Assembly: GCA_044371695.1 (NCBI GenBank)
Contig: JBILTD010000001.1
Location: forward strand, 1-47,417
Source of the DNA: Crocinitomicaceae bacterium
GTDB lineage: Bacteria > Bacteroidota > Bacteroidia > Flavobacteriales_D > Crocinitomicaceae
Direction: 5' to 3'
Length of the DNA: 47,417 nt
The notes under the pieces were generated by a model. The model was not told where the DNA came from. It was given only the letters and a program-made list of their open reading frames with translations, and searched no databases. The position numbers and the translations under genes are program-made. Shown one piece after another: positions 9,876 to 18,873 of the stretch (the first letter of the stretch is position 1; every line of letters begins with the position of its first letter).

Positions 9876-10766
9876 TTAATACTGGATTTGCAGGCTACTT
9901 GACTGCTGCCATTTTTCGCCATTGATTTGGCCAGTGACAAAGTAAATGAAGAACCCTGGCGCCAATTTTTCACCACCGAGGTCAGTGCCATTCCAGTTAA
10001 AGTTCGGCTCTGAACTTCTGTATACCACCTGATTATTTTGATTTAAAACCACCAGACTGAAGTCAGAAACAGCAAGCCCCTTCCAATCTATTTCTAGCCA
10101 ATCATTTTGGCCGTCATTGTTCGGGGTAAATACATTAGGCAACTTGATTTTTGGCGTATTTGTGAGCGACGTAATTCTTGAGTTTTGAGTAGGCGCAGCA
10201 GTAGCTTGAGTTGAAACCGCAGTAGACCCTGTAGTTACTGCTCCAACGTTATTAGCACGCACCGGACTTGTTTGATTTACCGAAGATGCATTATTTGAAG
10301 CTGGCGCAGGTTGTGTTTGAGGCGACGATTGTATTTGTTCTGCTAATGGAAAACCAATAACAGGAATAGCGTTGGTCTGTGGCGTTGTTTCAGGTTGCGT
10401 CTGAGTTTGGATAGCACTTCCTGCTTGAATAGGGCGCTCGTCTTGAACTGAATTCAAGTTTTTTGATTTGGCAGCTGTTGTTTCTTCTTTGAGTGGATTT
10501 TCCTGCTTATTTGAAGAAATGACAAGTGGTTTTTTGCTGGAAATGGCTTGTGGTTCACCTGAGTTGGTGTAAAAATAAGCACCAACAATTAGGCCTGCGC
10601 TTGTTCCTAAACCAATGAGCACTTTAGAAAGAACAGACAAGCCCACCGGTGCAGCAGTGGCTCCGATGGAAGCAGAAACAGCAGACCAAATTGCAGGGTC
10701 CACAGGAACCTGGTGGTCCTGAAGGCCTTTGGCAAATAGATCTTTAATGTTGTCTTGTTCAGTCAT
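9876..10766 (-). CDS. membrane-anchored anti-sigma-like protein with a Q/T/S/P-rich linker and a T9SS type-B (gliding-motility CHU_C) C-terminal domain
   Basis: The ATG at 10766 overlaps the sigma stop by 8 nt. The protein has a roughly 45-aa N-terminal segment, a TM helix (VLIGLGTSAGLIVGAYFY), a low-complexity linker and then LPNVFTPNNDGQNDWLEI...FFIYFVTG, typical of the type-B sorting domain. Confidence 0.6.
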   Translation of the reverse strand: MTEQDNIKDLFAKGLQDHQVPVDPAIWSAVSASIGATAAPVGLSVLSKVLIGLGTSAGLIVGAYFYTNSGEPQAISSKKPLVISSNKQENPLKEETTAAKSKNLNSVQDERPIQAGSAIQTQTQPETTPQTNAIPVIGFPLAEQIQSSPQTQPAPASNNASSVNQTSPVRANNVGAVTTGSTAVSTQATAAPTQNSRITSLTNTPKIKLPNVFTPNNDGQNDWLEIDWKGLAVSDFSLVVLNQNNQVVYRSSEPNFNWNGTDLGGEKLAPGFFIYFVTGQINGEKWQQSSSLQIQY

Positions 10767-11298
10767 TTTCAATTTTTTCAAGGCGGTCTTTCAAATATGC
10801 TCGGGCTCTGAGGTACTGTGTTTTAGAAGTACTCTCAGAAATGTTAAGTTGTTTGGCAATTTCTTGATGTGAATAACCTTCAATAGCAAAAAGGTTAAAA
10901 ACCGTTCGGTATCCGTCGGGTAAACTTTGCACAAGTTTCAGTAGGTCATCGGCCATGAGTTTTTCAACGCTGTGGTCATGATGCGCTAATTTGAAACTGA
11001 CATCGTCTATTGAAACATCCGAAAGTGTTTTTTTGTCTTTGCGCAATTGATCAAGACATGTATTGACCGTAATTCTTTTGACCCAACCTTCAAAAACGCC
11101 TTCAAACTTGTAGTCTGGGAGGTGTTTGTAGATTTTTACAAAAGCATCTTGCAAAGTGTCTTGAGCGCGCGGCACTTCTTTCATGTAGCGCAAACAAATC
11201 ACGAGTAGTTTAGGAGCATAAATGTCAAACAACGCTTTTTGAGCCTTTGGACGACCAGCTATACAACCAAGTATGATCTCACGTTCATCCATAGACAC
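10759..11298 (-). CDS. ECF-type RNA polymerase sigma-70 factor
   Basis: Region 2 (DTLQDAFVKIYKHL...GWVKRITVNTCLDQLRK) and region 4 (PDGYRTVFNLFAIEGYSHQEIAKQLNISESTSKTQ). The tracked start is a GTG at 11298, and an ATG at 11292 is equally possible. Confidence 0.85.
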   Translation of the reverse strand: MSMDEREIILGCIAGRPKAQKALFDIYAPKLLVICLRYMKEVPRAQDTLQDAFVKIYKHLPDYKFEGVFEGWVKRITVNTCLDQLRKDKKTLSDVSIDDVSFKLAHHDHSVEKLMADDLLKLVQSLPDGYRTVFNLFAIEGYSHQEIAKQLNISESTSKTQYLRARAYLKDRLEKIEND

Positions 11299-11397
11299 AG
11301 GACCATTGACGGATTATATTTTCAAAAAGTTGCATGCGCAAACCAAGATAGTTTATTTCTTTTAATTTCGTAGTTCAACCCCGCAATCTTTCAACTT

Positions 11398-12657
11398 ATG
11401 CGTAACGCTATTTTTGGAATCTTATTAATTTTTTTGAATGGTTTTCTAGGTCAAGCCCAAGACAATTTTACGGCCCGACCTAACGGCGTTCTTTTCCCAT
11501 ATGTTGCAGAAATTCAACTCAATGATCGCTTACAAATACAAGTAACAGCTGCCCTCGTTGAAAAAAATGCCAAATCACCTATTACCATATATAATGGTAA
11601 GGAAGTTTATCAGTTGTCCGTAAAAAAACGGATAGGTGATACCCTTATTTATCAATTTCCTGCCCAAGACGCCGAATGGCGAATTGCATTTAACGATGAT
11701 TTTTCAGAAGCCAGCGGCTGGTGGATCAATTACAACAAAAAGGCGCCGGTTCGCTACCCTGTTCACTTGTACATGACGCTTTCAGAAATGATACCAAAAC
11801 CTGATAGTATCTTTCCGGAATTATTCGGTAGATGGAAAGTACTGTTTGAGCCAGGCACGCCAAATGAAGAAGTGTTGGTAGGTGTATTTCAGCAAGAAAT
11901 GAATGGGCGCATTTTCGGAAGTTTTCTTAGTGAAACCGGTGATTACCGTTATTTGCATGGTTATGCCGCAAATGGAAAATTGCATTTACAGACCTACACT
12001 GGTTATTGGGCCTTTGTGGTGGAGGCTGATTTAAATGGTAGTAATGAAATGACCGGTGTATTCTATAGTGGCGGAAAGTCAAGCTCTAATTTCAAAGCTA
12101 CTAAAGATGAAACAGTTCAGTTAAGAGACGAAGCCGAATTGACCTATTTGATTAAGCGCGATGAAACAGTTGCGCTTAATGGGCTTCGAAAATTAAATGG
12201 AAAGAAACTCAATTTGGATTTTTCTAAAAAACAGCAAGTGACCCTGATTCAAATTATGGGTACTTGGTGCCCAAATTGCATTGATGAAGCCAATCTATTT
12301 AGAGAATTAAAGGCAAAGTATGGCAGTCAAGGTCTTGAAATTATGGCGCTAGGCTTTGAAGTAGGCACTGACCAAAAGAAACAACGAAGCAGGCTGAAAA
12401 AATTCTCAGATCAACTCGAACTGAACTATCCGGTTTATTTGGCCGGAACCTCAAGTAAAGAAGCAGCAGCTGCGTATTTTCCGATGTTGAATGGCATCAT
12501 GAGTTTTCCGACTGCTATTTTGGTTGATCAGCAGGGAAAGATCATTGCAATCCATACTGGGTTTAGTGGGCCAGCAACAGGAGCAGACTACTCTGAGTTA
12601 GTGAAAAAATTTGAGCAAGAAATTCAAAACGCCTTAGAAGGCGCTCGCCAAAATTAA
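11398..12657 (+). CDS. TlpA-family thiol-disulfide oxidoreductase with a roughly 260-aa N-terminal beta-rich domain
   Basis: Signal-like N-terminus, then a C-terminal thioredoxin fold with IMGTWCPNC and FPTAILVDQQGKI. Confidence 0.75.
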   Translation: MRNAIFGILLIFLNGFLGQAQDNFTARPNGVLFPYVAEIQLNDRLQIQVTAALVEKNAKSPITIYNGKEVYQLSVKKRIGDTLIYQFPAQDAEWRIAFNDDFSEASGWWINYNKKAPVRYPVHLYMTLSEMIPKPDSIFPELFGRWKVLFEPGTPNEEVLVGVFQQEMNGRIFGSFLSETGDYRYLHGYAANGKLHLQTYTGYWAFVVEADLNGSNEMTGVFYSGGKSSSNFKATKDETVQLRDEAELTYLIKRDETVALNGLRKLNGKKLNLDFSKKQQVTLIQIMGTWCPNCIDEANLFRELKAKYGSQGLEIMALGFEVGTDQKKQRSRLKKFSDQLELNYPVYLAGTSSKEAAAAYFPMLNGIMSFPTAILVDQQGKIIAIHTGFSGPATGADYSELVKKFEQEIQNALEGARQN

Positions 12658-13679
12658 CGGCCCATCAAGAATGGGTACTTGTCAATGTTTTTCAAGGCGA
12701 TGCTTGTTCCACGAGCCACAGCTCTTAGCGGATCTTCAGCAATATGAACCGGTAATTTGGTTTTCGTAGAAATACGTTTGTCAAGACCGCGAAGCATTGA
12801 ACCACCACCAGCTAAATAAATACCAGTTTTGTAAATATCAGCAGAAAGTTCTGGTGGCGTCATTTCAAGGGCGCTTAAGATCGCTTCCTCGATTTTGGCA
12901 ATGGTTTTGTCTAGTGCATGAGCTACTTCTTGGTAAGAAACCATGATTTCTTTCGGAATACCGGTCATGAGGTCACGCCCACGTACTGCAAAGTCTGCTG
13001 GTGGATTCTCGAGCTCAGGCAACGCGGCGCCAACTTCAATTTTAATTTGCTCAGCGGTACGCTCACCAACAAGAATGTTGTGCTGACGACGCATGTATTC
13101 TTCGATGTCATTGGTGAAGTCATCACCGGCAATGCGGATAGATTTATCACAAACGATACCTCCAAGGGCAATAACGGCAATTTCTGAAGTACCACCACCT
13201 ATGTCGATGATCATGTTACCCATTGGCTCTTCAACGTCGATACCGATACCAATTGCAGCCGCCATCGGTTCGTGGATGAGGTAAACTTCTTTTGCTCCGG
13301 CATGCTCGGCGGAATCTTGTACCGCGCGCTTTTCAACTTCGGTAATCCCTGAAGGAATACAGATTACCATACGGAGTGTCGGGTTGAACAAGCTTCTTCC
13401 TGGGTTGATCATTTTGATCATCCCCTTGATCATTTGTTCAGCACTTTGGAAATCTGCGATTACGCCATCTTTGAGCGGGCGAACTGTTTCGATTAATTTG
13501 TGTGTCTTACCATGCATCTGTTGTGCCTTACGACCAATAGCCACGACCTTTCCGGTTTGGATATCTTTGGCAACAATAGATGGTTCATCAACGACTACCT
13601 TGTCGTTCCAGATGATGAGGGTGTTTGCCGTACCGAGGTCAATGGCAATCTCCTGTGTAAGAAAGTTAAAAAGGCCCAT
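12654..13679 (-). CDS. mreB: rod shape-determining actin homologue MreB
   Basis: IAIDLGTANTLI, DIGGGTSEIAV and LAGGGSMLRGL motifs. Its stop overlaps the convergent TlpA-like gene by 4 nt. Confidence 0.95.
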   Translation of the reverse strand: MGLFNFLTQEIAIDLGTANTLIIWNDKVVVDEPSIVAKDIQTGKVVAIGRKAQQMHGKTHKLIETVRPLKDGVIADFQSAEQMIKGMIKMINPGRSLFNPTLRMVICIPSGITEVEKRAVQDSAEHAGAKEVYLIHEPMAAAIGIGIDVEEPMGNMIIDIGGGTSEIAVIALGGIVCDKSIRIAGDDFTNDIEEYMRRQHNILVGERTAEQIKIEVGAALPELENPPADFAVRGRDLMTGIPKEIMVSYQEVAHALDKTIAKIEEAILSALEMTPPELSADIYKTGIYLAGGGSMLRGLDKRISTKTKLPVHIAEDPLRAVARGTSIALKNIDKYPFLMGR

Positions 13680-13698
13680 GTTAAGCGCTAGTTTATGT

Positions 13699-13750
13699 TG
13701 TAACCTAGTGTTATTCGAAATTAGCGTCGAAAGGTTACATTAATTTCGAA
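13699..13750 (-). other. interleaved inverted repeats (H-type pseudoknot topology) in the purH-mreB spacer
   Basis: Pair A is ttcgaaatt (13714-13722) with aatttcgaa (13742-13750), 9 bp. Pair B is tgtaacct (13699-13706) with aggttaca (13732-13739), 8 bp. The arms alternate A5'-B5'-A3'-B3' in mRNA sense, ending 19 nt before the mreB ATG. Confidence 0.4.
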
Positions 13751-13779
13751 ACAATTTTATTTTTCTTTTTATTGCCGTT

Positions 13780-15309
13780 TTAATGCTTGAAATGGCGCAC
13801 TCCGGTAAACACCATACTCATGTTATTGGCGTCACAATAAGTAATCGATAAATCGTCTTTTACCGAACCACCAGGTTGAATGACTGCATTAATTTGTTCG
13901 TTGTGGGCAATCTCTACACAGTCTGGGAAAGGGAAAAACGCATCGCTCGCCATGACTGCACCATTGAGGTCAAATCCAAAAGATTTTGCTTTGTGAATGG
14001 CTTGTCTGAGTGCGTCAACTCGTGATGTTTGTCCGGTACCACTAGCTAAAAGCTGACCGTTTTTTGCCAAGATAATCGTATTAGATTTGGTGTGTTTGAC
14101 TAATTTGTTGGCAAAAAGTAAGTCTTGAATTTCTGTAGCACTTGGCGCTAATTTGGTTTTAACCTCAAGGTTTTCAGGCCCTTCAGTAGCTAAATCAGCG
14201 TCTTGAACCAAATAACCATTTAAAGCGCTACGCACTAATGTTGTAGGAAGTTCAATATCATTTTGAACCAAAATGATGCGGTTCTTTTTGGATTGTAAAA
14301 GTGTGACAGCTTGTTCGTCATATGCTGGGGCAATCAAAACTTCGCAGAATAACTCATTGACTAACTCAGCTGTTGCGTAGTCAATTTTTGTATTGGCGAT
14401 CAGAATACCACCAAAAGCACTCACTGGGTCAGCGGCTAAAGCAGTTTCATATGCTTCTTTAAGAGTAGGGCGTGTTGCAATTCCACAAGCGTTGTTGTGC
14501 TTGAGAATACCGAAAGTTGGCTGATCGTTTTTAAATTCGTTCATTAAACGAACGGCAGCATCTACGTCTAGTAAATTGTTGTAAGACAGCTCTTTACCAT
14601 GAAGTTTAGTAAATAAGGCATCGAGGTTACCGTAGAAAATTCCTTTTTGATGTGGATTTTCACCGTAGCGCAATGGGCTTTGATTTTCTTCGCTTATTTT
14701 TAAATAAGCACTGTTCTGATTCATGAAATATTGGTGAATCAGGGTGTCGTAATGAGAGGATACATGAAATGCTTCAGCGGCAAATACTTGTCTCTGTTCG
14801 ATGGAAGTGCTCGCGCCTTGCTCGTTTAAGATGTCGAGGAAGTTTGCATATTGCTTCACACTCGGAATAATCACAACGTCGTTGAAGTTTTTAGCAGCGG
14901 CACGAATTAAGGAAATACCACCGATGTCAATTTTTTCAATGATGGCTTCATGGCTAGCACCACTTTGAAGGGTTTCTTCAAATGGATAAAGGTCAACAAT
15001 GACTAAGTCAATAGAAGAAAGCTGATGTTCAGCCATGTGAGCTTGGTCTGCTGGTAAGTCTCTGCGATTTAGAATTCCGCCGAAGATAGCAGGGTGTAAG
15101 GTTTTTACACGACCACCAAGTATTTCTGGAAACTGAGTGACATCTTCAACAGCGGTGACGGGAATCCCGAGTTCTTGAATAAAGGCAAGGGTACCGCCAG
15201 TAGATAAAATTTCAACTTTGTTTTCGTGTAATTTTTGCACGATTGGCGCCAAACCATCTTTGTAATAAACCGAGATTAATGCGCGCTGAATTGCTTTTGA
15301 ATTTGTCAT
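13780..15309 (-). CDS. purH: bifunctional AICAR transformylase / IMP cyclohydrolase
   Basis: Full-length 509-aa match to the PurH pattern (ALISVYYKDGL, GGTLAFI, VKTLHPAIFGGIL, GENPHQ, QPGGSVKD). Confidence 0.95.
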   Translation of the reverse strand: MTNSKAIQRALISVYYKDGLAPIVQKLHENKVEILSTGGTLAFIQELGIPVTAVEDVTQFPEILGGRVKTLHPAIFGGILNRRDLPADQAHMAEHQLSSIDLVIVDLYPFEETLQSGASHEAIIEKIDIGGISLIRAAAKNFNDVVIIPSVKQYANFLDILNEQGASTSIEQRQVFAAEAFHVSSHYDTLIHQYFMNQNSAYLKISEENQSPLRYGENPHQKGIFYGNLDALFTKLHGKELSYNNLLDVDAAVRLMNEFKNDQPTFGILKHNNACGIATRPTLKEAYETALAADPVSAFGGILIANTKIDYATAELVNELFCEVLIAPAYDEQAVTLLQSKKNRIILVQNDIELPTTLVRSALNGYLVQDADLATEGPENLEVKTKLAPSATEIQDLLFANKLVKHTKSNTIILAKNGQLLASGTGQTSRVDALRQAIHKAKSFGFDLNGAVMASDAFFPFPDCVEIAHNEQINAVIQPGGSVKDDLSITYCDANNMSMVFTGVRHFKH

Positions 15310-15325
15310 TTTATATTGGAAAATG

Positions 15326-15333
15326 CAAAGTTA
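15326..15333 (-). promoter_or_regulatory. candidate -7 promoter box for purH-mreB (TAACTTTG on the minus strand)
   Basis: Exact TAnnTTTG match 16 nt upstream of the purH ATG (15309), just downstream of the nrdA terminator. Confidence 0.45.
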
Positions 15334-15340
15334 CGGTATA

Positions 15341-15369
15341 AATAAAAAGGCCCACTAAAAAGCGGGCCT
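15341..15369 (-). terminator. intrinsic terminator of the nrdBA operon
   Basis: In minus sense: AGGCCC-gctttttagt-GGGCCT followed by TTTTATT. The 6-bp stem is 15348-15353 / 15364-15369. Confidence 0.65.
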
Positions 15370-15376
15370 TATTTTA

Positions 15377-15434
15377 TCATGAATTTACGTTCAGCATATA
15401 ACCGGCTGACGCCGCTTCTATCCTGAACACATTT
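15377..15434. repeat. 58-nt direct repeat, copy A (distal to nrdA)
   Basis: Base-for-base identical to 15447-15504. Contains an imperfect 40-nt palindrome at 15389-15428 (gttcag...ctgaac). Confidence 0.95.
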
Positions 15435-15446
15435 AGTTCACTTCGT

Positions 15447-15504
15447 TCATGAATTTACGTTCAGCATATAACCGGCTGACGCCGCTTCTATCCTGAACAC
15501 ATTT
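15447..15504. repeat. 58-nt direct repeat, copy B (overlaps the last 17 nt of nrdA)
   Basis: Identical to 15377-15434. Positions 15488-15504 encode the final M-C-S-G-stop of NrdA. The palindrome lies at 15459-15498. Confidence 0.95.
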
Positions 15505-17860
15505 CACAGCCTTCTGGGTCGTCGAGTGAACAAGCGATAGCTGCTTGTTGGTCCTCGACACTTTGAACTTGTGCTTGCGCTTGTGGTTCTTCAGTGACTG
15601 TTTTGTCAACGGTGAATTTGATGGCGTCTGTTGCGGCTTTCGTACGCAAGTAGTACATACCAGTTTTCAAGCCTTTTTCCCAACCGTAGAAGTGCATTGA
15701 TGTTAACTTACCAAAGTTTGCGTTCTCCATAAAAATGTTGAGCGATTGACTTTGACAAATGTAAGCACCGCGGTCAGCAGCTTGTTCGATGATGGCTTTT
15801 TGAGAAATTTCCCAAGCCGTTTTGTAAAGATCTTTGAGGCGTTGTGGAATTTCTTGGATGTTTTGAATAGATCCGTTTGCAGCCATGATTTTTTGACGCA
15901 TGTCTTTGCTCCAGAGACCTTCTTTCACGAGGTCTTTGAGGAGGTGCTTGTTCACGATAATGAATTCACCTGAAAGTACACGACGCGTATAAATGTTAGA
16001 CGTATATGGTTCAAAACATTCGTTGTTACCCAAGATTTGAGCAGTAGATGCTGTAGGCATTGGCGCAAGGAGTAAGCTGTTGCGCACACCGTGTTTTTTA
16101 ACTTCTGATTTGAGCACATCCCATTCCCAACGATTCGTCGGCGTAACACCCCACATATCGAATTGGAATACTCCTTTAGAAACCGGTGACCCTTTGATTG
16201 TTTCGTAAGGGCCATCAACTTTAGCTAAGTCTTTAGACGCAGTCATTGAAGCAAAGTAGATGGTTTCAAAAACTTCGCGGTTCAAAGCACGTGCTTCTTC
16301 AGATTCAAATGGGAAGCCCATCATGATGAAAGCATCAGCCAAACCTTGTACACCTAATCCAATTGGACGGTGACGCATGTTAGAATTGCGTGCTTCAGCA
16401 ACAGGGTAGAAATTGTTGTCGATGATGCGGTTAAGGTTAAGCGTAGCTTGGTAAGTTACTTCGAAAAGTTTGTCGTGGTCAAAGGTTCCTTCTTCAGTAA
16501 CAAACTTAGGAAGCGCCAATGATGCCAAGTTACAAACAGCAACCTCATCTGGTGCAGTGTACTCGATAATTTCGGTACAAAGGTTTGAAGACTTGATCGT
16601 ACCAAGGTTCTGTTGATTAGATTTGGCGTTTGCGGCATCTTTATACAACATGTATGGAGTACCCGTCTCAATTTGAGACTCAAGGATTTTAAACCAAAGA
16701 TCTTGTGCCTTGATGGTTTTGCGTCCTTTTCCTTCTTGCTCGTATTTGGTATAAAGTGCTTCGAATTCTGCGCTGTGCGAATCAGAAAGACCCGGACATT
16801 CGTGCGGACACATGAGGGTCCATTCGCCATTTTCTTTGACGCGCTTCATGAATAGGTCTGGAATCCAGAGTGCATAGAATAGGTCGCGAGCACGTTGCTC
16901 TTCTTTACCGTGGTTTTTCTTGAGGTCAAGAAAATCGAAGACATCGGCATGCCATGGTTCGATGTAAATTGCAAAAGATCCTTTGCGCTTACCACCACCT
17001 TGGTCAACGTAACGTGCGGTGTCGTTGAATACGCGAAGCATTGGAACGATACCGTTAGAGGTTCCGTTAGTTCCTTTAATGTATGATCCAGTAGCGCGGA
17101 TGTCGTGAATAGACAAACCAATACCGCCAGCAGATTGTGAAATTTGCGCACAAGATTTCAAAGTATCGTAGATGCCCTCGATGCTGTCTTCTTTCATGGT
17201 AAGCAAGAAACAAGATGACATTTGAGGCTTCGGTGTTCCGGCATTGAATAATGTTGGAGTAGCGTGTGTAAACCAACCTTCAGACATAAGGTTGTAGGTT
17301 TTAATAGCTGACTGCACATCTTCTTTGTGAATACCAACCGCAACGCGCATGAGCATTTGTTGTGGTCTTTCAGCGATTTTACCGTTCAAGCGCATGAGGT
17401 AGGAGCGTGTCAAGGTCTTGAAACCGAAATAGTCGTAGCGGAAATCGCGGTCGTAGATGATGCTTGAATCGAGCAATTCTTTGTTGTTCATGATGATCTC
17501 ATAGACGTCGTCTGCCAGGAGCGAAGCAGCTTCGTTTGTCTTTGGATCAATGTACTGATACATATCTTGCATCACTTCCGAGAAAGTCTTTTTGGTTTCT
17601 TTGTGGAGGTTAGAAACCGCAATTCTAGAAGCGAGAAGCGCGTAATCTGGGTGATCAATGGTTTTTGCGGCAGCAACTTCAGCAGCTAGGTTGTCTAGCT
17701 CAGTTGTGGTGACACCATCAAAAATCCCTTCAATGACCTTCATGGCCACGGCTTCTGGCGAAACAAGCGGATCAAGGCCATAACACATCTTGATGATGCG
17801 GGCCGTGATTTTATCAAATTTTACGGCTTCTTTTCGGCCGTCTCTTTTTACTACGTACAT
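15488..17860 (-). CDS. nrdA: class Ia ribonucleoside-diphosphate reductase alpha subunit
   Basis: N-terminal ATP-cone ([20 protein letters not shown]), active-site SSNLCTEI and C-terminal redox pair CEMCSG. Confidence 0.95.
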   Translation of the reverse strand: MYVVKRDGRKEAVKFDKITARIIKMCYGLDPLVSPEAVAMKVIEGIFDGVTTTELDNLAAEVAAAKTIDHPDYALLASRIAVSNLHKETKKTFSEVMQDMYQYIDPKTNEAASLLADDVYEIIMNNKELLDSSIIYDRDFRYDYFGFKTLTRSYLMRLNGKIAERPQQMLMRVAVGIHKEDVQSAIKTYNLMSEGWFTHATPTLFNAGTPKPQMSSCFLLTMKEDSIEGIYDTLKSCAQISQSAGGIGLSIHDIRATGSYIKGTNGTSNGIVPMLRVFNDTARYVDQGGGKRKGSFAIYIEPWHADVFDFLDLKKNHGKEEQRARDLFYALWIPDLFMKRVKENGEWTLMCPHECPGLSDSHSAEFEALYTKYEQEGKGRKTIKAQDLWFKILESQIETGTPYMLYKDAANAKSNQQNLGTIKSSNLCTEIIEYTAPDEVAVCNLASLALPKFVTEEGTFDHDKLFEVTYQATLNLNRIIDNNFYPVAEARNSNMRHRPIGLGVQGLADAFIMMGFPFESEEARALNREVFETIYFASMTASKDLAKVDGPYETIKGSPVSKGVFQFDMWGVTPTNRWEWDVLKSEVKKHGVRNSLLLAPMPTASTAQILGNNECFEPYTSNIYTRRVLSGEFIIVNKHLLKDLVKEGLWSKDMRQKIMAANGSIQNIQEIPQRLKDLYKTAWEISQKAIIEQAADRGAYICQSQSLNIFMENANFGKLTSMHFYGWEKGLKTGMYYLRTKAATDAIKFTVDKTVTEEPQAQAQVQSVEDQQAAIACSLDDPEGCEMCSG

Positions 17861-17892
17861 GTGCTCCTTATATTTATAGTTAGGTTAGGTTT

Positions 17893-18873
17893 TTAAAAGT
17901 CTTCGTCGAGACTAAACGTTTGGTTTTCTTTGCCGGCCAACACCCCAGCTTTTTGATATTCACCAACGCGTTTCTCGAAGAAATTTGTTTTTCCTTGAAT
18001 TGAAATCATGTCCATGAAGTCAAAAGGATTAGTAGCATTATAAACACGCTCATTGCCAAGCTCCACCAAAAGACGGTCAGCAACGAATTCGATGTACTGA
18101 CCCATGAGGTCACTGTTCATACCGATGAGTTTCACAGGAAGTGCATCAGTGACGAATTCTTTTTCGATTTCAACAGCATGCGTAATGATTTCTCTTACTT
18201 TCTCTTTTGGCAATTTGTTAACCAAATGCTTGGTGTAAAGTAAACATGCGAAATCGCAGTGTAGTCCTTCGTCACGAGAGATGAGCTCGTTAGAGAATGA
18301 AAGCCCTGGCATTAAGCCGCGTTTTTTAAGCCAGAAAATCGAACAGAAAGAACCTGAGAAGAAAATTCCTTCGACAGCAGCAAAGGCCACAAGTCTTTCA
18401 GCGTATGAACCTTGATCAATCCAACGCAAAGCCCAATCTGCTTTTTTGCGAACGCACTCAACAGTGTCAATGGCATTGAACAAATAGTTTTTCTCTTGGG
18501 TGTCTTTGATGTAGGTATCAATCAGCAATGAATAGGTTTCAGAGTGAATGTTTTCCATGGTTACTTGAAAACCGTAGAAGAATTTAGCTTCCGTGTACTG
18601 AACTTCATTGAGGAAGTGCTCAGCGAGGTTTTCATTGACGATACCGTCAGATGCCGCAAAGAAGGCCAAAACATGTTTGATGAAGTGGCGTTCGTCGTCG
18701 TTGAGTTTGTTTTCCCAATCAATCAAATCTGGTGAAAGATCAATTTCTTCTGCGGTCCAGAAGCTTGCCTCGGCTTTTTTGTAAAAGCTCCAGATGTCAT
18801 CGTGCTGAATTGGGAACAGCACAAAACGACTTTTATTTTCTTCTAGTATTGGTTCGTGTAGTGCTTTTTCCAT
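17893..18873 (-). CDS. nrdB: class Ia ribonucleotide reductase beta subunit
   Basis: Di-iron and radical motifs ([26 protein letters not shown]) and the alpha-binding tail FSLDEDF. The tracked start at 18897 is a TTG, and the ATG at 18873 ([10 protein letters not shown]) fits the usual N-terminus. Confidence 0.93.
   Translation of the reverse strand: MEKALHEPILEENKSRFVLFPIQHDDIWSFYKKAEASFWTAEEIDLSPDLIDWENKLNDDERHFIKHVLAFFAASDGIVNENLAEHFLNEVQYTEAKFFYGFQVTMENIHSETYSLLIDTYIKDTQEKNYLFNAIDTVECVRKKADWALRWIDQGSYAERLVAFAAVEGIFFSGSFCSIFWLKKRGLMPGLSFSNELISRDEGLHCDFACLLYTKHLVNKLPKEKVREIITHAVEIEKEFVTDALPVKLIGMNSDLMGQYIEFVADRLLVELGNERVYNATNPFDFMDMISIQGKTNFFEKRVGEYQKAGVLAGKENQTFSLDEDF

Noticed and set aside
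13384-13743. 119-aa ORF antisense to the mreB 5' half
   Set aside because: It overlaps the highly conserved mreB coding sequence and its product has no recognisable features. The only interesting part is the non-coding spacer structure, which is reported separately.
15377-15504. Possible CRISPR array or simple tandem duplication at the nrdA 3' end
   Set aside because: There are only two repeat copies, the spacer is just 12 nt and no cas genes are present. It is also not a clean tandem duplication, because the 12 nt after each copy are unrelated (agttcacttcgt versus cacagccttctg). It is kept as an unexplained repeat instead.
16456-16830. 124-aa alternative-frame ORF within nrdA (and similar 60-100-aa ORFs across nrdA, nrdB, rnr and lepA)
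   Set aside because: They are embedded in strongly conserved genes with no independent signals, as expected by chance at this GC content.
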